This document shows positions 13,988 to 24,260 of a DNA stretch of 32,000 bases, piece after piece. The notes below the pieces were generated by a model, which was not told the DNA's origin, ran no database searches, and saw nothing but the letters and a program-made list of their open reading frames with translations. The first letter of the stretch is position 1; every line of letters begins with the position of its first letter. Position numbers and translations under genes: made by a program. Source of the stretch: Acaryochloris thomasi RCC1774 (GTDB lineage: Bacteria; Cyanobacteriota; Cyanobacteriia; Thermosynechococcales; Thermosynechococcaceae); the NCBI RefSeq assembly GCF_003231495.1, contig NZ_PQWO01000010.1, positions 1-32,000 of the forward strand, in the 5' to 3' direction.

Positions 13988-14293
13988 CGGTCGAAACTCC
14001 TCAAAAAAAGAATCCCCGCTCTACACAGGGCAGAGCGGGGATTCAGCAAGATTAATGCCGGTCGTTATGTCGGTGCGAGGTCGCACCTTCCGCTCTTGAT
14101 ATTTGGATCTGGGTATTGTCTATCGGAAATAGGTTCCCAATTTATGCCTTCTAAGAAACTGCAGCCGAGTCCCGTCAGGGTCTCAAAACCCAATCGCGCA
14201 GCAGTTACCGCAACACAATGTTTGTGCTGCGACATTCGGCTGGCTGAGGTGGGTCTGCGTTTCATTTGAAGATATTGATCCAGAGCGGATTAA

Positions 14294-14311
14294 ATACTAC
14301 GTTTGTAGTAC
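14294..14311. promoter_or_regulatory. Palindromic copy of the TACTAC/GTAGTA motif (possible operator)
   Basis: ATACTAC-gttt-GTAGTAc. The half-site is the same as in the three repeats at the tRNA-island promoter. Confidence 0.35.
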
Positions 14312-14919
14312 CCAATCTTGCACAGGTTTTCAGCTTCGTCAAGAAATTTGGCAAAATTGCCGATGTGAAGGGAATCACTCGCGCTTTTTTGCAATCTATC
14401 AAGACATTACCGACAGACGACAAGGAAGAAGTAAATCAGTCATCACTCTTTTCTTCGTTCAACATCTGGAGCAAACAATACAGAGCATGATGCAGAGTCA
14501 GAAGCTGTTCAGGCAATCTGGGTTTGGAATTTGGAGGATTTGCGATCGCATCCAACCTACCTTCGATAATCGCAACAATCTGACCAGTCCCCCTCATACC
14601 TTACAGATCCTGAAGCGGGCACAGAACTGGTTGCGACTGCCCAGCCCCATTGGGTTTTTGATGGTGCGCAGCGATCAGTGGCACTTGATTTCACATCTAG
14701 TTCTAGAAAGCCGAGCGGAGGTTAGACGTGCTCCCGATTGATATTAGCGTCTGTCCTCTACAGCTTTTGAGATTATTTTTATTCATAGACAAAAAATAAA
14801 TATCTGTCTTGAGATTATCGCTACGATAAGAATGAAACAGTTGCTCAACGGCTAATGATCTGACTCTACTTGAGCAGATGGAAGACAGTCGTTCTGCGCC
14901 CTTGTTAGGAGGTTCAGTA

Positions 14920-15492
14920 ATGTCTAAGATTTCCAGTGCGATTGCACACACAGGTTTCGGTATCACCTTAATCGCAATCTCAAGCTTGATCGCTCCCGCC
15001 GCCCAGGCCCAAGAAAACATTATTCAAATTGGGGGGTCTCCTGACGAGCAGCAATATTACCGATCCTATTGGAATGATCTAGTCGAGCTGGGGTCTCAAG
15101 CCTCGCAAGAACGACGGCCCCAAGAAACAAGCCGAATAGAGGCCGATCCAGAAGCTGACTTAGAAAAGATTGTTCGTAATTTAGATATTCGCGAGTTAGT
15201 CTTAGAGCCGATCATTCGGTTGAACGGTTCGTCTCAGGTCTTCGGTATCTTGGTCAACAAAAACCCTGACCCCGTCACAGTGTCAGCCATCAACTTTGAA
15301 GTGTTAGATGAAGACGGTAATCTACTTCAAACCGGCAGTGCTCAGCCCGAACCCAGCACCTTGGCTCCTGGACAGGTTGTTACCTTTACCAAGGTCTTGC
15401 TCACGATTCCCCCTGATGCTGGGTACGAGGTGACATTGTCAGAGCCAACTTTTGTCATTGCTCCAGGCCAAGCAGGCAGCTCGGTGCGCTAA
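14920..15492 (+). CDS. Hypothetical exported protein
   Basis: A strong RBS (AGGAGG) precedes the ATG at 14920. The signal peptide is MSKISSAIAHTGFGITLIAISSLIAPAAQA. Confidence 0.65.
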   Translation: MSKISSAIAHTGFGITLIAISSLIAPAAQAQENIIQIGGSPDEQQYYRSYWNDLVELGSQASQERRPQETSRIEADPEADLEKIVRNLDIRELVLEPIIRLNGSSQVFGILVNKNPDPVTVSAINFEVLDEDGNLLQTGSAQPEPSTLAPGQVVTFTKVLLTIPPDAGYEVTLSEPTFVIAPGQAGSSVR

Positions 15493-15638
15493 GCAGCACT
15501 AATCTCTATTAATTTCTATTTCTGATCAGATCACGAAGCCAGTCTTGGCGATTACTCAGCTATCCCTTTAGGACTGACATGCCTAGCTGAAGTCTCTACG
15601 CTGATTAACATCAGCAAAGACAAAGAATTCAGGAGGTC

Positions 15639-16073
15639 ATGATCATGGCTAAGGCTGCGATCATTTTAGCAACAGCGCTAGCGTTAGGAACAACGGCTCT
15701 CCCAGCCTCAGCGCTTTCCACTCAGCATCAGGTTTCTGCAGCGAATCCTGATGTATCACTCACTGAGGGGATCGGTTCAGGCCAATTGCTTGCCGGAAGA
15801 AGGCGCAGAAGAGGCCGATTTGAACGACACGGGGGAAGCTTTAAAAGACGGAGGGGGTTCTGTCGCCGGTCCTGGTCTCGACGAAAATGTGCTTTTGAAA
15901 AATTCTATGCCCGAAAGTGTCAATATCGATATCGCCGCAGAGAATGCAAGCGCATTTTTTATAGCCGATTTGATAGATATGATCGAGGTAATGACCGCTT
16001 TGACGTGTACGACGATCGCAATGACATCCGCATCGATCGCATCGCAGACTACATCCTCAAAGGCATTTTTTAA
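15639..16073 (+). CDS. Small exported, extremely Arg-rich protein
   Basis: An AGGAGG RBS precedes the start. The signal peptide ends PASALS. The mature part is rich in R, with scattered C, Y, F and D (GRRRRRGRFERHGGSFKRRRGFCRRSWSRRKC...). Confidence 0.55.
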   Translation: MIMAKAAIILATALALGTTALPASALSTQHQVSAANPDVSLTEGIGSGQLLAGRRRRRGRFERHGGSFKRRRGFCRRSWSRRKCAFEKFYARKCQYRYRRRECKRIFYSRFDRYDRGNDRFDVYDDRNDIRIDRIADYILKGIF

Positions 16074-16447
16074 CGACTAAATTTTGCTTAGGGATATCTA
16101 TAAAAGGGCCAGCCAGACGAAACAAGAAGCGTTGACTGGCCCTTTCTGGCGTCTGTCCAGCAGTTCCGATCACCAAGCTATGCCTCATTCCATCGGCGCA
16201 GATCCACTCACCAAGTTACTCACTAGAATCACTCATTGCTTATTCAATCTGAAAATTTCGCTTTACGCTTAACAGCCTTCTTACGCCTGACCAACGCCAT
16301 CTAAGATTACAGCAGACTATAGGGTTCTCCCACCTCAACGTCTCTGAGAGTAGGCACTCTAAGGTTTGTACAGTTTTTTTGCTAAATGCAATCAGACCGA
16401 AAAATCTTGCTATAAAGTTCTCAAAAATATATATGAGGATCTTTTTA

Positions 16448-16723
16448 ATGAACAAGGGTGAATTAGTTGATGCCATTGTTGAAAAGGTTGATATTACAAA
16501 GAAGCAGGCTGACGTTATTTTGACGGCTGCGCTAGAGGTTGTCGTTGACACCGTGAGCGAGGGCGATAAGGTTACCGTTGTCGGTTTTGGCAGCTTTGAA
16601 CCTCGCGATCGCAAGGCTAGAAATGGCCGCAATCCACAGACGGGTAAAACTCTCAAAATCAAAGCCACACGAGTTCCTGCCTTCAGTGCCGGGAAACTCT
16701 TTAAGGAAAAAGTCGCTAAATAA
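16448..16723 (+). CDS. hup: HU-family DNA-binding protein
   Basis: MNKGELVDAIVEK... and GFGSFEPRDRKARNGRNPQTGKTLKIKATRVPAFSAGK are canonical HU. It is 91 aa from the internal ATG. Confidence 0.92.
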   Translation: MNKGELVDAIVEKVDITKKQADVILTAALEVVVDTVSEGDKVTVVGFGSFEPRDRKARNGRNPQTGKTLKIKATRVPAFSAGKLFKEKVAK

Positions 16724-16770
16724 ATCTATACCTGCACGACATTAGAGTTCTGCTGTCGTTAAACCTGTTG

Positions 16771-16797
16771 GAGGCGAAGAGCCAAACTCTTCGCCTC
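16771..16797 (+). terminator. Stem-loop terminator downstream of hup
   Basis: GAGGCGAAGAG-ccaaa-CTCTTCGCCTC forms an 11-bp stem. Confidence 0.6.
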
Positions 16798-16909
16798 TAT
16801 GGGTAATAATTTTTTACTACTTTCTGTCGCTGCATCCTAGATTCAGCACCAATTTGCGCTACATATTGAGAGAGTTAGAGAAGCCTTCGTTTTTGCAAAG
16901 GAGCAAAAC

Positions 16910-18697
16910 TTGCCGGTTCAGTTTCGCATTCTCTCAGAACTCTTCAAAGCGCGACTATCACGGCAGATTGAGCTGTGGATCTTTCTCAGCATCCTTGTCA
17001 TCGAGGCGATTCTGCTGATTCCTTCCGTTATTCGGCGTGAACAAGAGTTGCTATACCAGTTAAGTGCCGTCTCCTCTGCGCGGGCCTCTGGCATTCTTAG
17101 CTCACTGCCCCAAATTTCTGGCCCTGAGCTGCTTGAGCAACTACAAAAGCTGCAGGCAGACCCCGTTGTATTGGGAGGCACACTCTATCGCGCTGATGGC
17201 AAACGGATCGGACAGTTTGGTGAACCGCCGGAGCTGTCCTACCGTAAAGTTACCCGCAATCAGCAAGCCAAAATTCTGGATCGCTTCGGGCAACGCTATG
17301 ACTCAGCCTGGATGATGGTTCCGTCTAGCAAGAAATATACATTGATCATTCGCCACGACGTCACTCAGGTCCAGCACGATATCTTCGCATTCGTGGGGCG
17401 TATTTCCCTCCTAGTGCTGATCATCTCAGTCTTTGTCACTGTAGCAACCATGATTGTGGTCTACACCATTGTGATCACCCCTGTCCTGCAGCTCCGCGCC
17501 GATCTGCTGCGGGCTGGGGAACTTGCCCTCCAAGATCAGCCACAGACAGCTCCCCCTTTTGTTTCCCTTGATCACCAGCGCCATGATGAGCTAGGGGACG
17601 TGATCACAGCCTTTGGACAGATGTATCGGCAGATCTCAGATGCGATCGCACAGCGTAAAGCTAGCGAACAGCGATTTCGGGCCTTAGTTGAACAAGCGGT
17701 CGATGCTATTTTCGTCATCAATGCCCAAGGCCGCGTCGTTGAAGTCAATCAGCAAGCCTGTCGCAATCTAGGCTACACTTCCACAGAACTCCTGATGCTC
17801 TCCGTCCCCGACATCCAAAAACAGCTAACCGCAGCAGACTTTAAAGTTCTCTGGCAGCGATTAACCCCCGGCATTCCTGTCACCATCGAAGGGATACATC
17901 GGCGTAAAGACAGCAGTACATTCCCTGTAGAAGTACGCCTCGGACTCTTTGAATTTAGCGATGAGCAGTTTATTCTGGCGCTGAGTCGAGATGCGACGGA
18001 ACGTAAAGCAGCAGAAAAATTGACGGAACAGCTCGCTGAGATTGGCGAGTTAGCCACCATGATTGTTCACGAAGTCCGAAATCCACTCACCACAGTGTTA
18101 ATGGGGCTCAACGCCTTCAAAAACATAGACCTGACCGAGCGGTTCCAAATGCGCCTAACCCTAGCGTTAGAAGAAGCAGAGCGGCTACAGCGCCTTCTCA
18201 ACGAGATCTTGCTCTATGCGAAACAGCAGCAGTTAGAACGCACAGAACTAGATGTCAATCATCTGATCACCGACAGTATGGCATCAATCAAAGCTATTCC
18301 CTCTGTGGCCGAACGAGAACTAAAGATTGAGCTATCGGCTGTGCCTATCACTATTTCTGGCGATCGCGATAAACTACGCCAAGTCTTTATTAATCTCATT
18401 AGCAACGCCAGCGAAGCCTCCCCACCCGGAGAGATGATTCAATGGCATGTTGAAGCGGACCCAGTTCGAAACCGGGTTACCATCCGCGTCAAGAACGGGG
18501 GAGAGCCAATCCCCGCTGCGACAATCCCTAAGTTGACGCAGCCGTTTTACACCACCAAGTCTTCTGGAAATGGTCTAGGCTTAGCCATTACCAACCGAAT
18601 TGTAGAGGCCCACCAAGGCACATTGCTGATTGAGTCTTCTGAGCTAGGGACAACAGTAACCGTTTCACTACCGATGCAGCCGAGTCGTCCGTCGTAA
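16910..18697 (+). CDS. Membrane sensor histidine kinase with a PAS domain
   Basis: It has two TM segments and a PAS region (FRALVEQAVDAIFVINAQGRVVEVNQQA). The H-box is MIVHEVRNPLT and the ATPase N/G boxes are INLISNASEA and SGNGLGLAI. The start is TTG. Confidence 0.88.
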   Translation: MPVQFRILSELFKARLSRQIELWIFLSILVIEAILLIPSVIRREQELLYQLSAVSSARASGILSSLPQISGPELLEQLQKLQADPVVLGGTLYRADGKRIGQFGEPPELSYRKVTRNQQAKILDRFGQRYDSAWMMVPSSKKYTLIIRHDVTQVQHDIFAFVGRISLLVLIISVFVTVATMIVVYTIVITPVLQLRADLLRAGELALQDQPQTAPPFVSLDHQRHDELGDVITAFGQMYRQISDAIAQRKASEQRFRALVEQAVDAIFVINAQGRVVEVNQQACRNLGYTSTELLMLSVPDIQKQLTAADFKVLWQRLTPGIPVTIEGIHRRKDSSTFPVEVRLGLFEFSDEQFILALSRDATERKAAEKLTEQLAEIGELATMIVHEVRNPLTTVLMGLNAFKNIDLTERFQMRLTLALEEAERLQRLLNEILLYAKQQQLERTELDVNHLITDSMASIKAIPSVAERELKIELSAVPITISGDRDKLRQVFINLISNASEASPPGEMIQWHVEADPVRNRVTIRVKNGGEPIPAATIPKLTQPFYTTKSSGNGLGLAITNRIVEAHQGTLLIESSELGTTVTVSLPMQPSRPS

Positions 18698-18745
18698 CTT
18701 TGCTCTGGGGTCGCGTCGGGTCAAAGACCGACACAAGATTAGGTC

Positions 18746-19114
18746 CTAAGCCACCAGGGCCTGCTGCTCATCAATCACCTGCAGTAAGCTCTCAGTGCTG
18801 AAAGGCTTGACTAGATAGTCCGTACCGCCTGCCCGCAGTGCAGCTTTACGACGCAGATCGTCTCCTAGCGCTGTCGCAAAAATAATCGGCATCATCTTGC
18901 CCGCAGCACGGAGGCGTTGACAGATCTCTAGCCCCGTCAACTGCGGCAACTGCCAATCTAGAACGATGATATCTGGCGCTTGCGTCTGAGCCAAATGCAA
19001 GCCCGTCAGCCCGTCATGAGCGACAGTTACTCGATAACCTAGATCGTTTAGATCCAGCTCTAGGAGCCTGGCAATGCTTGCTTCGTCTTCAATGAGCAAT
19101 ACATGGATATTCAT
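18746..19114 (-). CDS. Single-domain response regulator (CheY-like receiver)
   Basis: Receiver motifs are LLIEDE, the phospho-acceptor context IIVLDWQLP, and DYLVKPF. Confidence 0.88.
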   Translation of the reverse strand: MNIHVLLIEDEASIARLLELDLNDLGYRVTVAHDGLTGLHLAQTQAPDIIVLDWQLPQLTGLEICQRLRAAGKMMPIIFATALGDDLRRKAALRAGGTDYLVKPFSTESLLQVIDEQQALVA

Positions 19115-19204
19115 AGATCTTAGAGGGCGCTACCAGATTTGTACATTTTTATTCTGCGCGATGCCCCTGAAACCCAGCTAATCGCTATCTTAAGATTGGC
19201 TGAG

Positions 19205-20047
19205 TTAGACTTGACATTGGCGACAGAAGTGAGTTGAGCGGCCAGCCAACTTCATTCGATCCAGCAAGGTGCCACAGCTGCGGCAGGGTTGGCCTGCCCG
19301 ACCATAGACCCAGGCAACGCCCCCATAATTGCCATTGATGCCCAAAACATCTCGAAAATCGCTGAAGGTGGTTCCTCCCTGCTCTAGGCTCGCGGATAAA
19401 ACCTGAACAATTGCTGCATGTAGGCGCTCCACCTGTTGAGCAGTCAGCTTAAGACACAGAGTTGTGGGTAAAATACCGCTGACAAACAAAGACTCGTCGG
19501 CATAGATATTGCCCAACCCTGCCACAATGGACTGGTCGAGCAGGGCTGATTTAATCGAACGACGGCGACCGCTGAGCTGCTGCTCTAGGTAAGGCACAGA
19601 AAAATCAACAGAAAGCGGCTCCGGGCCAAGTCGCTGCAGGCCAGAGATAACGGTTTCGGGAGCAGTTCCGGGCGCCACCCACCACATCTGTCCAAAGGTA
19701 CGTTGGTCTACAAAACGCAGCTCTTGCTGATCGGCAAAGAAGAGGCGTACGCGCGTATGCTTCTGCAAAGCGTCATCACGACGGAGCCACAGGAGCTGTC
19801 CCGTCATTCTCAAATGGACACCGAGCCAGCCTGCAGGCTGCGCCTGAGACGTCAGCTGCCCTAGCAGATATTTACCGCGTCGCTGCCAAGCTTTAAGATG
19901 CATATTTTGTATCCCCACTTCAAACTCAGCAGGGCTAGGATAAGCAATCGTCCGAGGATAGAGAACCTGAGCACCTAATAGCGGATGCCCGCAGGTTCTT
20001 TGGTCTAGACCTCGACGTACGGTTTCAACTTCAGGCAGCTCAGGCAT
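19205..20047 (-). CDS. mutM: Formamidopyrimidine-DNA glycosylase
   Basis: N-terminus MPELPEVETVRRGL and a C-terminal zinc finger CRSCGT...HFCRQCQ. Confidence 0.93.
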   Translation of the reverse strand: MPELPEVETVRRGLDQRTCGHPLLGAQVLYPRTIAYPSPAEFEVGIQNMHLKAWQRRGKYLLGQLTSQAQPAGWLGVHLRMTGQLLWLRRDDALQKHTRVRLFFADQQELRFVDQRTFGQMWWVAPGTAPETVISGLQRLGPEPLSVDFSVPYLEQQLSGRRRSIKSALLDQSIVAGLGNIYADESLFVSGILPTTLCLKLTAQQVERLHAAIVQVLSASLEQGGTTFSDFRDVLGINGNYGGVAWVYGRAGQPCRSCGTLLDRMKLAGRSTHFCRQCQV

Positions 20048-20112
20048 GGAACTCGCTTACGGGTGAGGGACAAAGCTTCTAGACGTTGAGCATCTACTGC
20101 TTACCAAACAGA

Positions 20113-20146
20113 AGCACCCTTCTGCCGATGGGCAAGTAAGGGTGCT
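20113..20146 (-). terminator. Stem-loop downstream of psaE
   Basis: AGCACCCTT ... AAGGGTGCT forms a 9-bp stem. A moderately U-rich tract follows on the minus strand. Confidence 0.45.
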
Positions 20147-20225
20147 GGATACAGTAAAGATATTTAAAACCGTAAAGGAAGCTGGCGTCAGGTTCAGGTC
20201 AAGGACTTTAGATGCCCTTCCCCCT

Positions 20226-20438
20226 TTATTTCACTTCCTCTAATTCATTCATTGCAAAGTTATTGGTGTTGACACCACTGGCACTACCGCTATAGCCGGT
20301 GTAATTAACAGTGCTGAAGCGAACAATCACGGGATACTTCGTCGTTTCACTTTTATCAATAGAGGCAACTGTGCCAACTTCCCGATACCAATAGGATTCG
20401 GGACGAAGAATTTTAACTTTAGAACCACGCTCAACCAT
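20226..20438 (-). CDS. psaE: Photosystem I reaction centre subunit IV
   Basis: 70 aa. [30 protein letters not shown]...YPVIVRF is canonical PsaE. Confidence 0.95.
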   Translation of the reverse strand: MVERGSKVKILRPESYWYREVGTVASIDKSETTKYPVIVRFSTVNYTGYSGSASGVNTNNFAMNELEEVK

Positions 20439-20656
20439 GAATCTTAATACCTTTAATGATGTGCAAAAGGATCAATTAACCTCAGCCTACTATGCTCCCG
20501 TATCACTCGAAACATCAACTCTATAAACTTTTATAACTTGTCTGGTGCTGGAATGAAGCGTGGAAAGCTAATTCGCGATGGCGTATGGCTGGTTTGCGAT
20601 AGCCTGCGGTTTGTCTGTCTCGAGAAAGAAAAGCTGCGCTCAAGGGAGTCACAACC

Positions 20657-21820
20657 TCAAAATTGATAAACCGGCAAAGTGAAGTGAAAACAGCTCCCCT
20701 CATCTAAAGACGACTCAACCCAAAGCTTGCCGTAGTGCGCCTGCACAATTTGCTGACAGAGAGCCAAGCCAATGCCATAGCCCTCTTGGTCTTGATCGCG
20801 TGTGAGACGGAACCGGTCAACAAAAATGTATTTCTGTTTTTCCTCTGGGATGCCAGGCCCATCATCTCGGATGCTGACCTGAACTTTCTGAGTGGTGCGA
20901 TGGAGCAGAGAAACTTGGATAGTGCCGCCGCAGGGCGTATACTTCAGAGCATTTTCGAGCAAATTGATGAGAACCTGACGCACTTGATCAACATCACCGT
21001 GGACCCATGGCAGATCGGCCGGGAGATCAGTTTTTAGAGTCTGTGCCTTCTCTGCGAAGTGATGGCTTAGATCATCCAAAGTTTCTTTACAGAGGGTTAC
21101 TAAGCTTAGCTTTTTGGGCTGGATGTCGAGGGTGACACTCTTGCCCTGCGAGGCCTCTAAAACGCTGGTAATCATGCGTTCAATTAATCGGATTTGAGTG
21201 TGAGCATGATCCGAGAGCTTCATCAACATCTCTTTTGACAAAGAGGTCGGGTTGTCTGAATCCCACTGCCCGTCTAAAGTTTCAATTGCGATTGCAGCCG
21301 CCGTGAGAGGGTTCCGTAAGTCATGAGCGAGCATCGCCATAATTCGGTCTTTAAACTTGAGCTGCTCCTGCATCGCTTCATTTTGCTGATGCAGTCGAAA
21401 GATCTCGTCAGAGAGTTTCATGATCTGAGTTGATCGAGCCAGCGAAGGTTGCCCCCCCTGCTCAGGCAACTCCTCAAGCTCTTGACGCCAACGAGGCCAG
21501 CACTCATGGAGCTGAGCCAAAAGATTACTCCCAGCCAATACCTGCGTAGGTTCAGGATGAATTTTAACGAGGGCAGGCGTCACCACTAGCCGGTAATACT
21601 CTACTAAATAGGGCTGATCTGAAACTTCCACCACGTGCAACTTGACGCGACAGCTCACGTCTAGAGCGTCCAAATAATCTCGCACCTGCTGAATCTGCTC
21701 TTCAGCTGTCGCTCGCTTCTCAATAAACAGCAGAAGCTCTAACAACGGCTTCGCACTCTTGTTACAGTCCAGAGGTTGATCAGAAAAAGGGCACATGGCG
21801 AGGGACTGGAGTTCAACCAA
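20657..21820 (-). CDS. sasA: Adaptive-response sensory kinase SasA (KaiB-like N-terminal domain plus histidine kinase)
   Basis: The KaiB/thioredoxin-like N-terminus reads LLLFIEKR...DQPYLVEYYRLVVTPALVKI. H-box AMLAHDLRNPLT plus an HATPase domain. The start is ambiguous (TTG at 21820 or ATG at 21796). Confidence 0.88.
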   Translation of the reverse strand: MVELQSLAMCPFSDQPLDCNKSAKPLLELLLFIEKRATAEEQIQQVRDYLDALDVSCRVKLHVVEVSDQPYLVEYYRLVVTPALVKIHPEPTQVLAGSNLLAQLHECWPRWRQELEELPEQGGQPSLARSTQIMKLSDEIFRLHQQNEAMQEQLKFKDRIMAMLAHDLRNPLTAAAIAIETLDGQWDSDNPTSLSKEMLMKLSDHAHTQIRLIERMITSVLEASQGKSVTLDIQPKKLSLVTLCKETLDDLSHHFAEKAQTLKTDLPADLPWVHGDVDQVRQVLINLLENALKYTPCGGTIQVSLLHRTTQKVQVSIRDDGPGIPEEKQKYIFVDRFRLTRDQDQEGYGIGLALCQQIVQAHYGKLWVESSLDEGSCFHFTLPVYQF

Positions 21821-22026
21821 ACAGCCTATAAAAACGAGAAATATTAACTATTTTGAACAGACTATTAATTAAATATTAAATCACTGCGGGTCGATACGAT
21901 GGCGAAACCTCGAAATAGGATCCCCAAGATCTGCAGAGCGCGCCTGTGTGGTGTCGCGTCAGGCAACCATGCTAAAACTAGACTTGGCTGTCCTCTTGAG
22001 TTGAGGCCAAGACGCTTGATTCTCTA

Positions 22027-22803
22027 ATGCAACATTCCCCAACTGACCACCGCAACGTAGCCGCTCCTCTAAAAAATCAGTTAGAGGCAGTTAACCACCA
22101 ACTTGAGAGTGCCAAGGCAGAGCAAGTTGTCAATTGGGCCGACGAAACGTTTGCTCAGGGACTTGTGGTGAGCACAAGTTTTGGCATTCAAGCCGCCGTG
22201 ACGCTGCATTTAGCCACGCAGGTGCAGCCCAGAATACCGGTGATTTGGGTTGACACAGGCTATTTACCCCCCCAGACTTATCAGTTTGCTGAGCAGTTGA
22301 CAGAGCGGCTACAGCTCAATCTTCAGGTTTATCAGTCTTCCGTCAGTCCAGCGCGGATGGAGGCCCTGCATGGAAAACTCTGGGAGCAGAATAGCGTTGA
22401 AGCGCTCAACCAGTATGATCAGATTCGCAAAGTAGAGCCCATGCAGCGGGCGCTACAGGATCTTAAAGCCACTGCTTGGTTGGCAGGGCTGCGGCGCGGT
22501 CAAACAGACTATCGTCAGGGGCTACAGATTGTAGGTCAACAGGCAGGCTGCTACAAGATCCTGCCAATTTTAAGCTGGAACTCAAAGGATATCTATGAAT
22601 ATCTAACGGCACATGACCTGCCCTACCATCCTCTTTTTGATCAAGGCTACGTTACCGTTGGAGACTGGCACTCTAGCCGCCCGGTAACCGGCGAAGATGA
22701 CAGCGAGCGGGATACCCGTTTCCAGGGATTAAAGCAGGAGTGTGGTATACACCTGCCGCAGACGTTAGGAGAATCGCAAAGTCTGGACTCTAGCAGTTTG
22801 TAA
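22027..22803 (+). CDS. cysH: Phosphoadenosine phosphosulfate (PAPS/APS) reductase
   Basis: PAPS-reductase fold ([15 protein letters not shown]) and the C-terminal KQECGIH catalytic Cys motif. Confidence 0.9.
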   Translation: MQHSPTDHRNVAAPLKNQLEAVNHQLESAKAEQVVNWADETFAQGLVVSTSFGIQAAVTLHLATQVQPRIPVIWVDTGYLPPQTYQFAEQLTERLQLNLQVYQSSVSPARMEALHGKLWEQNSVEALNQYDQIRKVEPMQRALQDLKATAWLAGLRRGQTDYRQGLQIVGQQAGCYKILPILSWNSKDIYEYLTAHDLPYHPLFDQGYVTVGDWHSSRPVTGEDDSERDTRFQGLKQECGIHLPQTLGESQSLDSSSL

Positions 22804-22927
22804 TGGTCTGATGGCAAGACAATCAGGCATGAAGCCGAGACTCTGCTCTGTGGCACATTGCGCAATCGCAATACGCCCCCTAGATTGATAGAAGTGCGGT
22901 CTGCACTGTTGGACGGAGGAGGTCCGT

Positions 22928-24157
22928 TTGAACTGGTCTACGCTATGGGTGATTGCCTTGCCACCGGTTGCGGGTGGCGTGATTGGCTACTTCACCAATG
23001 ATCTGGCGATCAAAATGCTGTTTCGCCCCTACCGCGCCATTAAGCTAGGCGGGCGAGCGCTGCCGTTCACTCCAGGCCTAATCCCTCGGAATCAAGATCG
23101 GCTAGCGCAGAAGGTCTCTGATGCGATTATGACATCGCTGCTGACGCCAGAAGAGCTACAGGCGATTGCCCAGCGGCTGCTGCAAACAGAGCGGATTCAG
23201 AGCATTATTTTGTGGCTGCTGCGGCTGGCGCTCGATCAGGTAAAAGCCGACAAAAAAGAGAAGACAGCCGCCATTCTGTCGCTCATTCTTCATGATTTTG
23301 CCAGCCAGTCTCTGCCTCGGCTAGTGGCCCAACTGGCGGAGCAAGATGACTTCTTGGAGGCGCAGCTCAACCAAATTTTTGATCAAATTGTTCTAGATTT
23401 GCAGCTCAATGAAGCGCAGGCTCGGCAATTGGCGGACTGGGTGCTGGACGATGTTTTCCCGGTCAAAACGCTGCGATTGATTCTCACCGACTTTCTGACG
23501 GATCGCAATATCGCTACTTTAGATGCCAGCTTTCGAGAACGAACGCGGGGCACCTATTGGCTGGTCGCCAACGCGGTGGGGGCCGAAAGTGCACTCGTCC
23601 GTTTCCGCACGTTTCTCATTGAAGAACCCCGTGCAGCCACGCTGGTGCTGAAGGATCTGATTGTCTCTTTAGGGATGCGGCAAGGGCTAACGGAATGGTT
23701 CTCTGGTTTTTCACTGCAGACGCTACCGAATAAAACGGTAAAAGAACTGCGTCGCGCCTTCCGTGAAAGCGTACGCAGCTATACCCAGACCCGTGGGGAG
23801 CCGGTGCTGCAAAGGTTAACGCAATCCTTTGACTGGGACGAGACCGCCAAGGTTTTAGTGCAGCGGTTAAGTGTCTCAGAGGCAGTAGCTGATTCTTTGG
23901 ATACGATTAGCCAAGAGTTAGCGTTGATTTTAGAACGTTACCTAGAAGGTGATTTAGAGCAGTTAGTGGCGAAAGCACTTCCCATTCTGAATCTAGATCA
24001 GGTGATTATCGATCGCGTCAATCAGACTCCACCAGAGGATTTAGAGACGGCAATTCAGGGCATTGTTAAAACAGAGCTGCAGGCTATTGTGACGCTGGGT
24101 GGTGTTTTAGGAGTCTTGATTGGTCTACTGCAGTCAGTGTTATTGGTGTTTCGTTAG
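22928..24157 (+). CDS. DUF445-family membrane protein
   Basis: The N-terminal [16 protein letters not shown] motif, a C-terminal TM helix and a TTG start. Confidence 0.7.
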   Translation: MNWSTLWVIALPPVAGGVIGYFTNDLAIKMLFRPYRAIKLGGRALPFTPGLIPRNQDRLAQKVSDAIMTSLLTPEELQAIAQRLLQTERIQSIILWLLRLALDQVKADKKEKTAAILSLILHDFASQSLPRLVAQLAEQDDFLEAQLNQIFDQIVLDLQLNEAQARQLADWVLDDVFPVKTLRLILTDFLTDRNIATLDASFRERTRGTYWLVANAVGAESALVRFRTFLIEEPRAATLVLKDLIVSLGMRQGLTEWFSGFSLQTLPNKTVKELRRAFRESVRSYTQTRGEPVLQRLTQSFDWDETAKVLVQRLSVSEAVADSLDTISQELALILERYLEGDLEQLVAKALPILNLDQVIIDRVNQTPPEDLETAIQGIVKTELQAIVTLGGVLGVLIGLLQSVLLVFR

Positions 24158-24260
24158 GCAGCTTCAATTGTTAATCAAGGTTGCTTATGCGGGCAACCTA
24201 CAATATGAAGGGCTAAGACCCAGTGCTGCTTTACTTTACTGGTGAACTGTAAAGAAGATT

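Noticed and set aside
14703-15020. A 105-aa minus-strand ORF.
   Set aside because: It overlaps the RBS-supported exported-protein gene start on the opposite strand, and shows no RBS or family resemblance.
15751-16080. A 109-aa acidic ORF overlapping the Arg-rich CDS.
   Set aside because: It has no RBS or sensible start context, whereas the basic frame has AGGAGG plus a signal peptide. It is kept only as a caveat in the corresponding finding.
16240-16668. A 142-aa minus-strand ORF.
   Set aside because: It is antisense to the canonical HU gene and its upstream region, and has no supporting signals.
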